Shown piece by piece: positions 28,574 to 40,204 of a stretch of 64,000 bases of DNA. Below the pieces are notes generated by a model. The model was not told the DNA's origin. It did not search any database and saw only the letters and a list, made by a program, of their open reading frames with translations. Position numbers and translations under genes: made by a program. How positions within the stretch are numbered: the stretch's first letter is position 1; the number at the start of each line of letters is the position of its first letter. Source of the DNA: an uncultured Acidobacteriaceae bacterium (GTDB lineage Bacteria; Acidobacteriota; Terriglobia; Terriglobales; Acidobacteriaceae); the NCBI GenBank assembly GCA_963782285.1, contig CAWAJH010000010.1, positions 138,682 through 202,681 on the forward strand, in the 5' to 3' direction.

Positions 28574-28698
28574 GACGGAGAGTCGGGAACAGGTTTCTTG
28601 GAAGGTTCGTGGAATCCCAGGTCCCCAAATGCGGGGGACCTGGGGCACCCAGCGAGTCAGCAAGTCAGCGAGTTCGTAAAGGGCGAGGACGAAAGATC

Positions 28699-30093
28699 AT
28701 GTCCACTGTATTGATCCAGAACGGAACAGTTGTGAACGCGGACGCCAGCGTGAATGCCGATCTGCTGATCGACGGCTCAGTGATCAAGGAAGTGCGCGCG
28801 GGGATTCCGGCGAGCGCGGCGGACAAAGTAGTGGATGCGACGGGGCTGCTGGTGATGCCGGGCGGCATCGATGCGCATACACATCTGGACATGCCGTTTG
28901 GCGGGACGAAGTCGGCGGATGATTTCGAGACGGGGACGCGAGCCGCGGCGATTGGCGGAACGACGACGATTGTGGACTTTGCCATCCAGGCGCGCGGAAC
29001 GAAGATGCGCGCGGCGCTGGACACTTGGTGGAAGAAGGCCGAGGGCAAGGCGTGCATCGACTACGGGCTGCACATGATCGTGACGGACCTGCCGGATGCG
29101 GGACTGGAAGACATGGACGACCTGGTGCGCGAGGGCGTGGCGAGCTTCAAACTGTTCATGGCCTATCCCAATGTGCTGATGGTGGACGATGCCACGATCT
29201 TCAAGGCGTTGCGGCAGACGGCGAAGAATGGCGCTCTGGTTTGCATGCACGCGGAGAATGGATCGGTGATCGATGTCATCGTGCAGCAAGCGCTGGCTGA
29301 TGGAAAGACGGCGCCGATTTATCACATGCTGACGCGACCCACGAAGGCCGAGGCAGAGGCGGTGCACCGCGCGATTGCGATGGCGGAGATGGCCGGCGTG
29401 CCGATTTATATCGTGCATCTTTCAAGCGAGGACGCGCTCAATCAAGTCAGGGAGGCACGCGACCGTGGACTTCCAGCGTTTGCAGAGACGTGTCCGCAGT
29501 ATCTGTTGCTCTCGATTGAAGACATGGCGGATAAAGGATGGGAGGCGGCGAAGTACGTGTTTACGCCTCCGCTGCGGGAGAAGAAGAATCAGCCGAAGTT
29601 GTGGGAGGGACTGAAAAAGGACAATCTGCAGGTGGTTTCAACGGATCACTGCCCGTTCTGCTTTGAAGATCAGAAGGCGTTGGGCAAAGACGATTTCACG
29701 AAGATTCCCAACGGAGGGCCGGGCATTGAAAACCGGCTGCAACTCTTGCATCACCACGGCGTGGGCGAGGGGAATTTTTCGATTAACAGATTTGTGGAGT
29801 TGGTGTCGACGGCGCCGGCGCGGATCTTTGGGATGTATCCGAAGAAGGGCGTGCTGCATGCAGGCAGCGACGCGGACCTGGTGCTGTGGGATCCCAAGGA
29901 GGATTACACGATCAGCGCGAAGACGCACCATATGAGGGTGGACTACTCGATGTTTGAGGGGTTCAGGGTGCGGGGGAATGCGCGCGATGTGTATTCGCGC
30001 GGCGAGCTGATTGTGAGCGGCGGAGAGTTTGTAGGCAAGGCGGGGCGAGGGAAGTATTTGCGGAGAGAGGCACGGGGCGGGGCGTGGAAGTAA
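28699..30093 (+). CDS. hydA: Dihydropyrimidinase
   Basis: PGGIDAHTH, SFKLFMAY, HAENG, STDHCPF, IPNG. Confidence 0.96.
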   Translation: MSTVLIQNGTVVNADASVNADLLIDGSVIKEVRAGIPASAADKVVDATGLLVMPGGIDAHTHLDMPFGGTKSADDFETGTRAAAIGGTTTIVDFAIQARGTKMRAALDTWWKKAEGKACIDYGLHMIVTDLPDAGLEDMDDLVREGVASFKLFMAYPNVLMVDDATIFKALRQTAKNGALVCMHAENGSVIDVIVQQALADGKTAPIYHMLTRPTKAEAEAVHRAIAMAEMAGVPIYIVHLSSEDALNQVREARDRGLPAFAETCPQYLLLSIEDMADKGWEAAKYVFTPPLREKKNQPKLWEGLKKDNLQVVSTDHCPFCFEDQKALGKDDFTKIPNGGPGIENRLQLLHHHGVGEGNFSINRFVELVSTAPARIFGMYPKKGVLHAGSDADLVLWDPKEDYTISAKTHHMRVDYSMFEGFRVRGNARDVYSRGELIVSGGEFVGKAGRGKYLRREARGGAWK

Positions 30094-30559
30094 GGCAAGC
30101 CGCTAGCCGCTAGCTACAGGCCAGCGGCTACAGGTTGCCAGCCATCCGGACGCCCAAAAAATTTCCACCGTGATTTGCAGATAATTTCCCCCTTCAGGCG
30201 CACAATAAAGCAAGAGATCAGAAGGTTGAGATCGATCAGGTTCAGCCCCGCCCTCCTGCCGCGCACATCTCTGCAGTTTCCGCCTCCTAACCTTCTTGGC
30301 GGCTCTCAGCTTCCTGTGTAAACCCGCTCGCCCCCCCAAAACGGAAATTTTGGCCTGTGAAACTGTGAAAGTCATGCAAGCTGTACAAATAAAAAGAGTT
30401 AATCGCACAATGCCCCAAACTGTGAAACTGTGGAACTGTGAAACTGTGCTCAGCAGCCTGGAATGTCCTCATAGCTCTTTTCGCGCACATTTTGTTATAA
30501 GAGCCTTATTGTTTTTGAATTGCTCGTTGACATAAGGCGCTTATCACGAAGGAGGTCCC

Positions 30560-31975
30560 GTGAGTTCAGTCGATCCGTCACTATCGAACCAGGACCTGAG
30601 GCCGGTGCCGCTGGAGAAGCGCACGTGGACTTTCTACAACTACATGGCGCTGTGGTTCTCAATGTGCATGGAGATCACGACGTACCGACTGGCGTCTGGG
30701 CTGATCGCAAAGGGGATGGATTGGAGGCAGGCGATCGGAACGGTGCTGCTGGGCAATTTGATCGTGCTGGTTCCGATGCTGCTGAATGCACATGCGGGCG
30801 CGAAGTATGGAATTCCGTTTCCGGTGTTTCTGCGCGCGTCGTTTGGCGTACGCGGTGCGAACCTGGCGGCGCTGCTGAGGGCGGTGGTTGCGTGCGGCTG
30901 GTTCGGGATCCAGTCGTGGATCGGGGGAAGCGCAATTGACGCGATGCTGGTGGTGATGTGGCCGTCGCTGGAGGGAAATCGCGGTGTTTTGTGGACGTGC
31001 TTTCTGGGGTTCTGGCTGCTGAATATGGCAGTGGTTTGGCGCGGTGTGGAATCGATCAGGCGGCTGCAGGCGTTTGGCGCGCCGTTCATGTTCGTGATGG
31101 CGGCGGCGCTGCTGATTTGGGTGCGGGTGAAGGCGGGAAGCTTTGGCGCGATGCTTTCGACGCCGAGCCAGTTCCACACACGCGGCGAATTCCTGAGTGT
31201 GTTCTTTCCGTCGCTGACGGCGATGGTGGGCTACTGGGCAACGCTGGCCTTGAACATTCCCGATTTCACAAGATACTCAAAGTCGCAGAGCGCGCAGTCA
31301 TGGGGGCAAGCGTTTGGATTGCCGGTTGCGATGGTGCTGTACACGTTTCTGGGGATTGCGGTGACGTCGGCGTCGGTGGTGTTGTTCGGCAAACCGATAT
31401 GGGATCCAGTGCAATTGATCGGGATGTTTCATCAGCCATTGGTGGCGTTTATTGCGATGATCGCGGTGCTGGTGGCGACGCTGAATGTGAATATAGGCGC
31501 GAATGTGGTTTCGCCGTCAAACGATTTTTCGAATCTCTATCCACGGCTGATCAGCTTCAGGACGGGCGGGCTGATTACCGGGTTTCTGGGACTGGCGATG
31601 TGCCCGTGGAAGCTGCTGGCCACGCCGGACGCGTATATTTACGGGTGGCTGGTGGGTTACTCGGGACTGCTGGGGCCGGTGGCCGGCATCATGGTGTGCG
31701 ATTACTTCTTCATTCGCGGAACAGAGCTGGATGTGAACTCGCTGTATCACCGCGAGGGCGCGTACCACTACACGAAGGGAGTGAACCCGCGGGCACTGAT
31801 CGCGCTGGGACTAGGCGTGGCGATTGCGCTGGTGGGCATGTTTGTGCCGAGCCTGCATTTTCTCTACGATTACGCGTGGTTCGTTGGATTCTTTACGGCG
31901 GGTGCGACGTATGTGGCGATGATGAAGCTGATGGCGCCGGCTTCGATTACCGAGAGTGCTGAAGAAGTAGCATGA
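30560..31975 (+). CDS. NCS1 nucleobase:cation symporter
   Basis: GGAGG RBS + GTG; GIPFPVFLRASFG, GWFGIQ, LNIPDFTRY; ~12 TM segments. Confidence 0.95.
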   Translation: MSSVDPSLSNQDLRPVPLEKRTWTFYNYMALWFSMCMEITTYRLASGLIAKGMDWRQAIGTVLLGNLIVLVPMLLNAHAGAKYGIPFPVFLRASFGVRGANLAALLRAVVACGWFGIQSWIGGSAIDAMLVVMWPSLEGNRGVLWTCFLGFWLLNMAVVWRGVESIRRLQAFGAPFMFVMAAALLIWVRVKAGSFGAMLSTPSQFHTRGEFLSVFFPSLTAMVGYWATLALNIPDFTRYSKSQSAQSWGQAFGLPVAMVLYTFLGIAVTSASVVLFGKPIWDPVQLIGMFHQPLVAFIAMIAVLVATLNVNIGANVVSPSNDFSNLYPRLISFRTGGLITGFLGLAMCPWKLLATPDAYIYGWLVGYSGLLGPVAGIMVCDYFFIRGTELDVNSLYHREGAYHYTKGVNPRALIALGLGVAIALVGMFVPSLHFLYDYAWFVGFFTAGATYVAMMKLMAPASITESAEEVA

Positions 31976-32116
31976 AGGCAGTTGCTAGCTTCCAGCTTTT
32001 GTGTCCCTATTACATGACCCATTGGTTGAGGTTTGTACGACCCACCCAAGCGGAGCTCGGATGGGGCACCCCCCAATCGACGCAGGCCGATTGAATTCAG
32101 AGTGGGAGCGGCTCAC

Positions 32117-32737
32117 TTACAACTTTTCGAACAGGCGCAGAATCTGCAGTTGCTGGGCTTTGGCTTCTTCGCTTCCGCTGCCGCCTCTTCCGGTGTTCAT
32201 CTTGGCAAGTTTCAACGGCGTCGAGCCGTTCTTGTTGGTGAGCGTTGGGTCTGCACCCTGGTCCAGCAAAGTTTCTACCGACGCCGCGCAGCGCGTGCGC
32301 ACAGCGATGTGCAGCGGCGTTACTCCGCGCTTGTCGGTTGTGTTGGGGTTGGCGCCTGCAGCGATAAGGAGCTTGACCATTTTGGACTGCGCGGACGGGT
32401 TCCAGTTGCGTGAGCCCGGCAGCCCTGCTGCGGCCGCGTGCAATGGCTCGTAGCCGTGGCGGTTTTTGGCACGCACGTCGGCTCCCGCATCAATGAGGAC
32501 GCGGGCGATCTCTGTCTGGTACGCAGCCGCCGCCAGGTGGAGTGCGGTGTCGCCGGCAACGATGTATCGCGCCAGATCGGGAAGAAAATTCTTCTTTGCG
32601 GTTTGACGCGTCGCGCCTTCGTGAAAACATGCCTTTGCCAGATCCGGGTAGTCTTTGATTATTCGCGAGCAGGTTTCAGGATCATTGGCGACGATTGCAT
32701 CTATGAGCCGGCGTAATGCCACGTCATCGGTCTGCAT
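32117..32737 (-). CDS. Ankyrin repeat protein
   Basis: GDTALHLAA, EPLHAAA, GVTPLHIAV, GSTPL repeats. Confidence 0.92.
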   Translation of the reverse strand: MQTDDVALRRLIDAIVANDPETCSRIIKDYPDLAKACFHEGATRQTAKKNFLPDLARYIVAGDTALHLAAAAYQTEIARVLIDAGADVRAKNRHGYEPLHAAAAGLPGSRNWNPSAQSKMVKLLIAAGANPNTTDKRGVTPLHIAVRTRCAASVETLLDQGADPTLTNKNGSTPLKLAKMNTGRGGSGSEEAKAQQLQILRLFEKL

Positions 32738-32741
32738 GGCG

Positions 32742-34100
32742 CTATTCCACGAGTGCGTCGGCAATGGAAAGGTGCTCGTCGAGCGCGGCGATGCCGAGGT
32801 CAAGTTCTTCTTTCGTCACGATTAATGGCGGAGCGATGACGAAATGGCTGATCCAGGCCTGAATGAAGACTCCCTGCGCCATCATCTTGGCGGCAATCTG
32901 ATCGACAACGAGCGGCTTGCCTTCAAATTTGTCGCGCATGGTGTTGAAGAGCTGCTTCGTCTTGCGGTTCTTGACGAGTTCGACGGCAAAAAAGAGGCCG
33001 AGCCCTCGCACGTCGCCGATGGAGGGATGTTTCTCCTTGAGGGCTTCGAGCTTCTGGCGGACATAAGGCTCGAGCTCGGTTGCGCGGTCGACGAGCTTGA
33101 GGCGCTGCATCTCCTCAATGGTGGCGATGGCCGGCCCGAGGGTGAGCGGATGGGCCTCGTAGGTGTGGCCGTGCGCGAAGACGTGCTCCTCAAAGTAAGA
33201 GGCGACTTTGGCAGTTGTGGCACAGAGGCCGAGCGGCACGTAGGCAGAGGTGATGCCTTTGGCGGTGACGAGGATATCGGGCTTGAGGTTCCAGTGATCG
33301 ACGGCGAACCACTTGCCGGTGCGACCCCATCCAGCCATTACTTCGTCGGCGATGAGCAGGACGCCCTGACGATCGCAGATTTCGCGCAGGCGCGGGAAGT
33401 ACTCGGGCGGAGGAACGAGAACGCCATTGGTCCCGACGACGGTTTCGACAATGATGGCAGCAACGTCGTTTTCGTTGCGGATCATGTGCTCGATGTAGTC
33501 GGCGCAAGCGATGTTGCAGGACGGGTAAGTGTGCTTGATGGGGCAGTCGTAGCAATTGGTCTCAGGCGCGAAGATAACGCCGGCAACTTTGCCCGCGGGT
33601 TCGATGGGCCAGCGGCGCGGGTCGCCCGTGGCTGCGATGGAACCCGAAGTTGAGCCGTGATAGGAGCGGTAGCGCGAGATGATCTTGCTTTTGCCGGTGG
33701 CGAGGCGGGCGATTTTGAAGGCGGCCTCGTTAGCTTCAGTTCCGCTGGTGCAAAAGAAGAATTTGTTCAGACCTTCGGGAAGGACCTCGAGGAGCTTGGC
33801 GCTGAGCTTGGCGCGTGACGTGGTGGCGTAGCTTGGCATGATGTAGGCGAGCTCGCGCGCCTGCTGGGCGATGGCTTCGACGACGCGTGGGTTCTTGTAG
33901 CCGAGATTGACGCACATGAGCTGCGAACTGAAGTCGAGATAGCGCTTGCCCGCTCCGTCAATGAACCAACAACCTTCTGCATCAGCGACATGGAGTGGCT
34001 TCCAGGTTTTCCCGATGCGCCAGGTGCCGTAGTTGGTTTGGCGAGTGATGGTCGAGACCTGGTCGGTGCTGAGCGGCGTGGTGGAGGAATTGTCAATCAT
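32742..34100 (-). CDS. Class III aminotransferase (probable beta-alanine/omega-amino acid transaminase)
   Basis: YLDFSSQLMCVNLG, SGTEANE, SYHG, LIADEVMAGWGRTG, AKGITS, HGHTY. Confidence 0.93.
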   Translation of the reverse strand: MIDNSSTTPLSTDQVSTITRQTNYGTWRIGKTWKPLHVADAEGCWFIDGAGKRYLDFSSQLMCVNLGYKNPRVVEAIAQQARELAYIMPSYATTSRAKLSAKLLEVLPEGLNKFFFCTSGTEANEAAFKIARLATGKSKIISRYRSYHGSTSGSIAATGDPRRWPIEPAGKVAGVIFAPETNCYDCPIKHTYPSCNIACADYIEHMIRNENDVAAIIVETVVGTNGVLVPPPEYFPRLREICDRQGVLLIADEVMAGWGRTGKWFAVDHWNLKPDILVTAKGITSAYVPLGLCATTAKVASYFEEHVFAHGHTYEAHPLTLGPAIATIEEMQRLKLVDRATELEPYVRQKLEALKEKHPSIGDVRGLGLFFAVELVKNRKTKQLFNTMRDKFEGKPLVVDQIAAKMMAQGVFIQAWISHFVIAPPLIVTKEELDLGIAALDEHLSIADALVE

Positions 34101-34389
34101 GATGGCGGCCCTCCCAGGGGGACGCAACCCATCGTAACAAAGGCGGGGACCAAAGGGAGACAGGGACCCAGGGGAGCAAGGGCGCGAGGGGGGACTGGCC
34201 CACTGTTTCGTTCGCCTCTTCGATCGAAAAGAGTAGACAACCCTGGAGTTTATTGAATTCGGCCGATTTGGCAATGGGCCCATAAGGTTGATTTGGGATG
34301 GGTGACCCGAAATGGGCCACTCGAGAAGGAAAAGATTAAAGTTTTTAATTCGTTCGCCGATAGATCGCGGTAGGAATCGGGTGGTGAAG

Positions 34390-34644
34390 ATGGAGATCGG
34401 TCCATTACCCGGGATTCGCGCACTGCCGGCCATGAAGACTGGAAGGGCGGGTCTCGAACCTCCGGCGGTGTTTGACGTGGAAGCCTCGGCGAAACCGGGT
34501 GACAGCGACAGGCAGGGAACCGGGAGAAAGGGCGCAGGGGCAGAGGAGAACGACAAGGACGATCTGCTAACGGGCGGCGAGGGCGAGCCGGGTGACGATG
34601 GGCAGGATGGAATCCCAAAGCGAACCGTGGACTATTTCGCCTGA
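34390..34644 (+). CDS. Small acidic hypothetical protein
   Basis: MEIGPLPGIR...acidic low-complexity region...TVDYFA end. Confidence 0.6.
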   Translation: MEIGPLPGIRALPAMKTGRAGLEPPAVFDVEASAKPGDSDRQGTGRKGAGAEENDKDDLLTGGEGEPGDDGQDGIPKRTVDYFA

Positions 34645-34735
34645 CGATCAAGAAGAAGCGTTAGCGTGGGACCGCGTTAGACTTTGGATCCTTTGCGTAT
34701 CCGCACACCATTTCCAAAACTGCAGTAGGTCGGCT

Positions 34736-36157
34736 TCAGGCGGTCACTGACTCGCGCAGGTTGTGCTCCGCGTAGATCTGCTCGGTTTCAGCCAGGCGGA
34801 GCAGGCGGTGCAGATAAGCCCGCGAGATGCAAAGGCTGCGAGCTGCCAGTGTTTTGTTGCCATTGTTTTCGCGAACCGCTGTGACGGCAAGCCTGATCTT
34901 GTAGTCGCGGAGCTGGCGCTCGAAGGAGCCTGAAGGATGGTAGTCTGCGATGTCGACGACTTCGTCGAAGGCGGCGGCATCCTCTTCGGGTTCCTGCGAT
35001 TTGAGGCACAGGTCCTGAGCACGAACCGCTCGCCCAGGCGCGAGGATAATCGCCCGCTGCATGACATTCTCGAGCTCGCGGACATTTCCGGGCCAGGAGA
35101 AGCTTTGAAGCATTTCGAGCGCTTCAGGCTCGATGGCGTCAACGGATTTTTGAAAGACGCCGGCGTAGTGACGCAAAAAGTGACGCGCGATAAGTGGAAT
35201 GTCTTCGACCCGTTGGCGGAGTGGAGGCATTTCAATCGACATGACGTTGATGCGGTAATAGAGGTCCTGGCGGAACTTACCTTCGGCCACCAACTTCGAG
35301 AGATCCTGGTGAGTGGCGAAGATGAGGCGGGCGCGCAAGGGTGTAAGTTTGCTGGAACCCAGGCGGCTGAATTCCATCTGCTGCAGGACGCGCAGCAGTT
35401 TTACCTGAGTAAAGAGGCTGAGGTCGCCAATTTCATCGAGAAAGAGCGTCCCGTCAGCGGCCTGCTCAAAGTACCCTTCGCGGGCGCCAACAGTTCCGGT
35501 GAATGCGCCCTTCTCGTGGCCGAAGAGTTCGGCTTCGATCAGAGTCTCAGGGATGGCTCCGCAGGACACGGCGACGAAGGGCTTACTGGCCCTGCTGCCA
35601 AGATTATGGATGGCGCGGGCGATCAACTCCTTTCCGGTTCCACTTTCGCCGGTAACGAGCACGGCGGCGTTGAGATTGGTCACGCTGCGTACGAGCTGGT
35701 AAACGCGCTGCATGCCCGAGCTGGAGCCGATCAGGCGATCGCAGGTGCCCGGCTCGTCGGTCCGCTGCTGCACAGTGAAAAGCTGCTGCTTGAGGGTAAA
35801 GGTCTCGGATGCCCGCGTGAGCATCGTCTTGAGATCGCGAATGGAGGGCGGCCGGCGGCAGTACCCGAAGGCCCCAGAGCGCACCAGTTCGAATGCAGTG
35901 GAGCGTAAGTTGTCATCTGCCATCAGGATAGCCGGTACATTCGAAGCGATCAGGATGCGCGCGTACTCGATACGGGTTTGCAGCGAACTCTCTTTGGAGT
36001 GGAGGTCGACGATCATCACATCGCACCCGCCCGCAGACACCAAGCAGTCCATCGCATCGCCATCCGGCTCGAGCAGGACTTCGTAGTCCTTACCAAGGGC
36101 AGAAGAGAGAAGCGAATGCAAAGTGCGATCTTCGGAAAACAACCCAATTTTGATCAT
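34736..36157 (-). CDS. NtrC-family sigma54-dependent activator (degenerate receiver), divergent from the Tad locus
   Basis: GESGTGKE, GAFTGT, FLDEIG, WPGNVREL, Fis HTH. Confidence 0.95.
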   Translation of the reverse strand: MIKIGLFSEDRTLHSLLSSALGKDYEVLLEPDGDAMDCLVSAGGCDVMIVDLHSKESSLQTRIEYARILIASNVPAILMADDNLRSTAFELVRSGAFGYCRRPPSIRDLKTMLTRASETFTLKQQLFTVQQRTDEPGTCDRLIGSSSGMQRVYQLVRSVTNLNAAVLVTGESGTGKELIARAIHNLGSRASKPFVAVSCGAIPETLIEAELFGHEKGAFTGTVGAREGYFEQAADGTLFLDEIGDLSLFTQVKLLRVLQQMEFSRLGSSKLTPLRARLIFATHQDLSKLVAEGKFRQDLYYRINVMSIEMPPLRQRVEDIPLIARHFLRHYAGVFQKSVDAIEPEALEMLQSFSWPGNVRELENVMQRAIILAPGRAVRAQDLCLKSQEPEEDAAAFDEVVDIADYHPSGSFERQLRDYKIRLAVTAVRENNGNKTLAARSLCISRAYLHRLLRLAETEQIYAEHNLRESVTA

Positions 36158-36857
36158 TTGAATGCGATTACCGTCTCGCGGAATTCACAATGCAGAACGA
36201 TGCGGGTCAGAGATGCAACTTTATGATCGTCAACGGGTACCTTAGCCGCTATTCCTCTTTCGTGCTAGAAAGAGCGACCCTGGTGACGACGGTCACGTCA
36301 CCGGGAAATACAGGACCTGGGAGCCCTCGCGGGTTAAAAGAAAGCAAGCCGAATAGATCTAAAGATTTGCAGCAAACCAAAAGAGACATATTGGGCCTTT
36401 TATCGCGCCTCATATCATTCATATGCATGAATCCCCGACGCAGGCGATACGGCGAATGGAATGGCAACCGACGCCGCCGACTCCGCAGAAGTGATCACGT
36501 CCCATGGGGAATAGGATCGCGTCATCTATTTGGGGTCCAAGTGGTTCATATTGTGCGTGATTCGCCGCGAAAGGTCAAGGGGAAAAGGGAGAGGTTTCGG
36601 TTTCAGAATCTCGTCGCTGGTATATCCAAAGGAGCACTCCCCCAAAAATGCAATTTTGAAGCACTCATACTGGCTGTAGACTTGCATTCTCAGCGCTTTT
36701 TTCAACGGTATTCGCCAGGTTTTTTGGCGTGCGGGCATTTGGCGCACGAAACGGTTTGCTGACGGTTGCAGCGCTCGAGAATGGGATCCGGTTGAATTGA
36801 GCAGGGGACAGACTGCTCGATAAGTAGCACCGGCACTAGAAGTTGGAGCGGAGATTT

Positions 36858-36986
36858 GGGTGTATACGGCTCACTCCAAAACCGGGACGGGCAGTAAACT
36901 GGCGTGTACACCACGGGAAGCCATGAAGAGCTATCTTATTGAAAGAAATAGATTTCATCGCGTGAGAGTTTGGCCGGGCAATTGCT
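36858..36986 (+). promoter_or_regulatory. sigma54 promoter of cpaA with upstream UAS
   Basis: TGGCCGGGCAATTGC (GG-N10-GC) at 36971-36985; TGTATACGGC at 36861 and GTAAAC-N6-GTACAC at 36894, as upstream of flp1. Confidence 0.75.
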
Positions 36987-37034
36987 CGTAAGGAGGGTAA
37001 TCCCGGAACCCGCACGGGAAGAGGAGTTGAGCCG

Positions 37035-37535
37035 ATGCATTCGTTTGCCTGGTGGCCGACCGTGATTGTCCTGAGCGTGGCGACATTCACAGATCTTCGC
37101 AGCAGGCGTATTCCGAATTGGCTTGTGCTTCCTTTTTTTGCCTGCGGGATTGCGGTTTCGAGCTGGCTGCACGGATGGCACGGCGCTGTCCAGAGTTTGG
37201 AGGGCGCGGGATTGGGGATTCTGATCTACGGATTGCTTTTTTGGATGGGCGGGATGGGCGCCGGCGACGTGAAACTTTGCGCCGCGATCGGGGCGTGGAT
37301 TGGCCCGGCCCAGTTATTTATCGCGTTAGTGCTGACCGGCCTGGTGGGAGGGGTGATGGCGCTCATCTGGGCGGCCTGTGGCGGATTCCTAAAGGAACTG
37401 TTTCAGCATACCGGCGACCTTGCGTTCAGAACGAAAGAGCGCAGGGAGGCGGTCCTCAGCAACCCGCTGCGGCGGAAGATGCCGTATGCACCGGCCATCG
37501 CAATCGGGACGTTGATCTCGTTTTTTGCACGGTAA
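37035..37535 (+). CDS. cpaA: Flp prepilin peptidase (A24, CpaA/TadV)
   Basis: TDLRSRRIPNWL, MGAGDVKL, MPYAPAI. Confidence 0.93.
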   Translation: MHSFAWWPTVIVLSVATFTDLRSRRIPNWLVLPFFACGIAVSSWLHGWHGAVQSLEGAGLGILIYGLLFWMGGMGAGDVKLCAAIGAWIGPAQLFIALVLTGLVGGVMALIWAACGGFLKELFQHTGDLAFRTKERREAVLSNPLRRKMPYAPAIAIGTLISFFAR

Positions 37536-37631
37536 GAAACGAGAGACAACGTCCAGCCCGGTTCAAGCAGGGAACGAACCCAAGGGCGTAGGTGAACACG
37601 CCCGCAAGTATTTCGAGGAGTAAACCGCGCA

Positions 37632-38849
37632 GTGGCTACCAACGCATCATCGCACCCGTTGAACCCGTATCCCGACTCGATCGGGTCGAAGCAGCTTTCG
37701 ATTGCTTTGATCAGCCCCAGCATGGAACGCCGCGCGGCCGCAGCATTAGCCCTGACCCGGTGCTCCGGCGGCGAGGTGAATGAATTTACAAGCTATCCGC
37801 CGGGATTGGACGATCTGCCCGGGATGCTGGACCAGAAGTACGATGTGGTCATCATTGATCTGGACAGCGATCCGGAGTATGCGCTGGAACTGGTGGAGAG
37901 CATTGGGAGCGACGGGATGGCGACGGTGATGGTGTACTCGGCAAGCGCCGATCCGGAGCTTCTGGTGCGCTGCATGCGAGCCGGAGCGCGCGAGTTTCTG
38001 ACGCTTCCGTTGGCGCCGGAGGTGATGGCTGAGGCGCTGGTGCGGGCTGCGGCGCGGCGACCGATGATGCAAACTCGCCAGGAAGACCAACGGGAAGTTG
38101 CTGGCGTTCATGGGGTCCAAGGGCGGCGCCGGCGCGACCATGCTGGCCTGCAATTTTGCCGTGGCGCTGGCCAAGGAATCGGAACAGAAGACGCTGCTGA
38201 TCGATCTCGATCTGCCGCTGGGCGATGCGGCGCTGAACCTGGGGATCGTGGCCGAGTTTTCGACCATCGATGCCCTGGATGCGGCGGACCGGCTGGACGC
38301 GCGTTTTCTGTCGCAGCTTCTGGTAAAGCACAACTCGGGGCTGTTGGTGCTGGCGGCGCCGGGAAGGTTTATTCATTACAAGGCCAGCGACGAGGCCATC
38401 GACCGGCTGCTGCAGGTGGCGCGGCAGGAGTTCGACAACGTGGTGGTGGATCTGGGGTCGAAGCTGGACTTGATGGGGACGGCGGCCTACCGCGATGCCA
38501 CGGCGATCTACCTGGTGACGCAGGCGAGCATTCCCGAGCTGCGCAACTCGAACCGGCTGATCTCGCAGTTTTTCTCGGGCGCCGGGCCGAAGCTGGAGAT
38601 CGTGATCAACCGGTTTGAATCGCGCGCGCTGGGCGTGCCGGAGGAGCACATCACCAAGGCGCTGACCAGGCCGGCGCAGTGGAAGATTCCCAACGACTAT
38701 GCGTCGGTGCGGAAGATGCAGATCAACGCCACGCCGCTGGTGCTGGCGGACTCGCGCGATTGCGCGGCAGATCCGGCAGATGGTGAGGGCGGTGACCGGC
38801 AAGAGCCCGGAGCAGAGGCAAAGAAGAAGGGCTTCAGCTTTTCGGGTGA
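37632..38849 (+). pseudogene. cpaE: CpaE/TadZ (receiver + MinD-like ATPase), frameshifted
   Basis: MRAGAREFL; GSKGGAGAT; LLIDLDLPLGD; IPNDY; KKKGF tail; frameshifts near 38075 and 38755-38840. Confidence 0.87.
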
Positions 38850-38898
38850 AGGGTGGAATCAGCGAACAGAATTCCCCAAGTGGAGTGGAAGGTAAAAC

Positions 38899-40180
<1,282 letters not shown>

Positions 40181-40204
40181 GGAGAAAGGAGGCGAGACGC
40201 AAGG

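Noticed and set aside
36190-36762. 190-aa ORF between the bEBP gene and cpaA
   Set aside because: AT-rich, atypical composition and no motif; more plausibly regulatory DNA.
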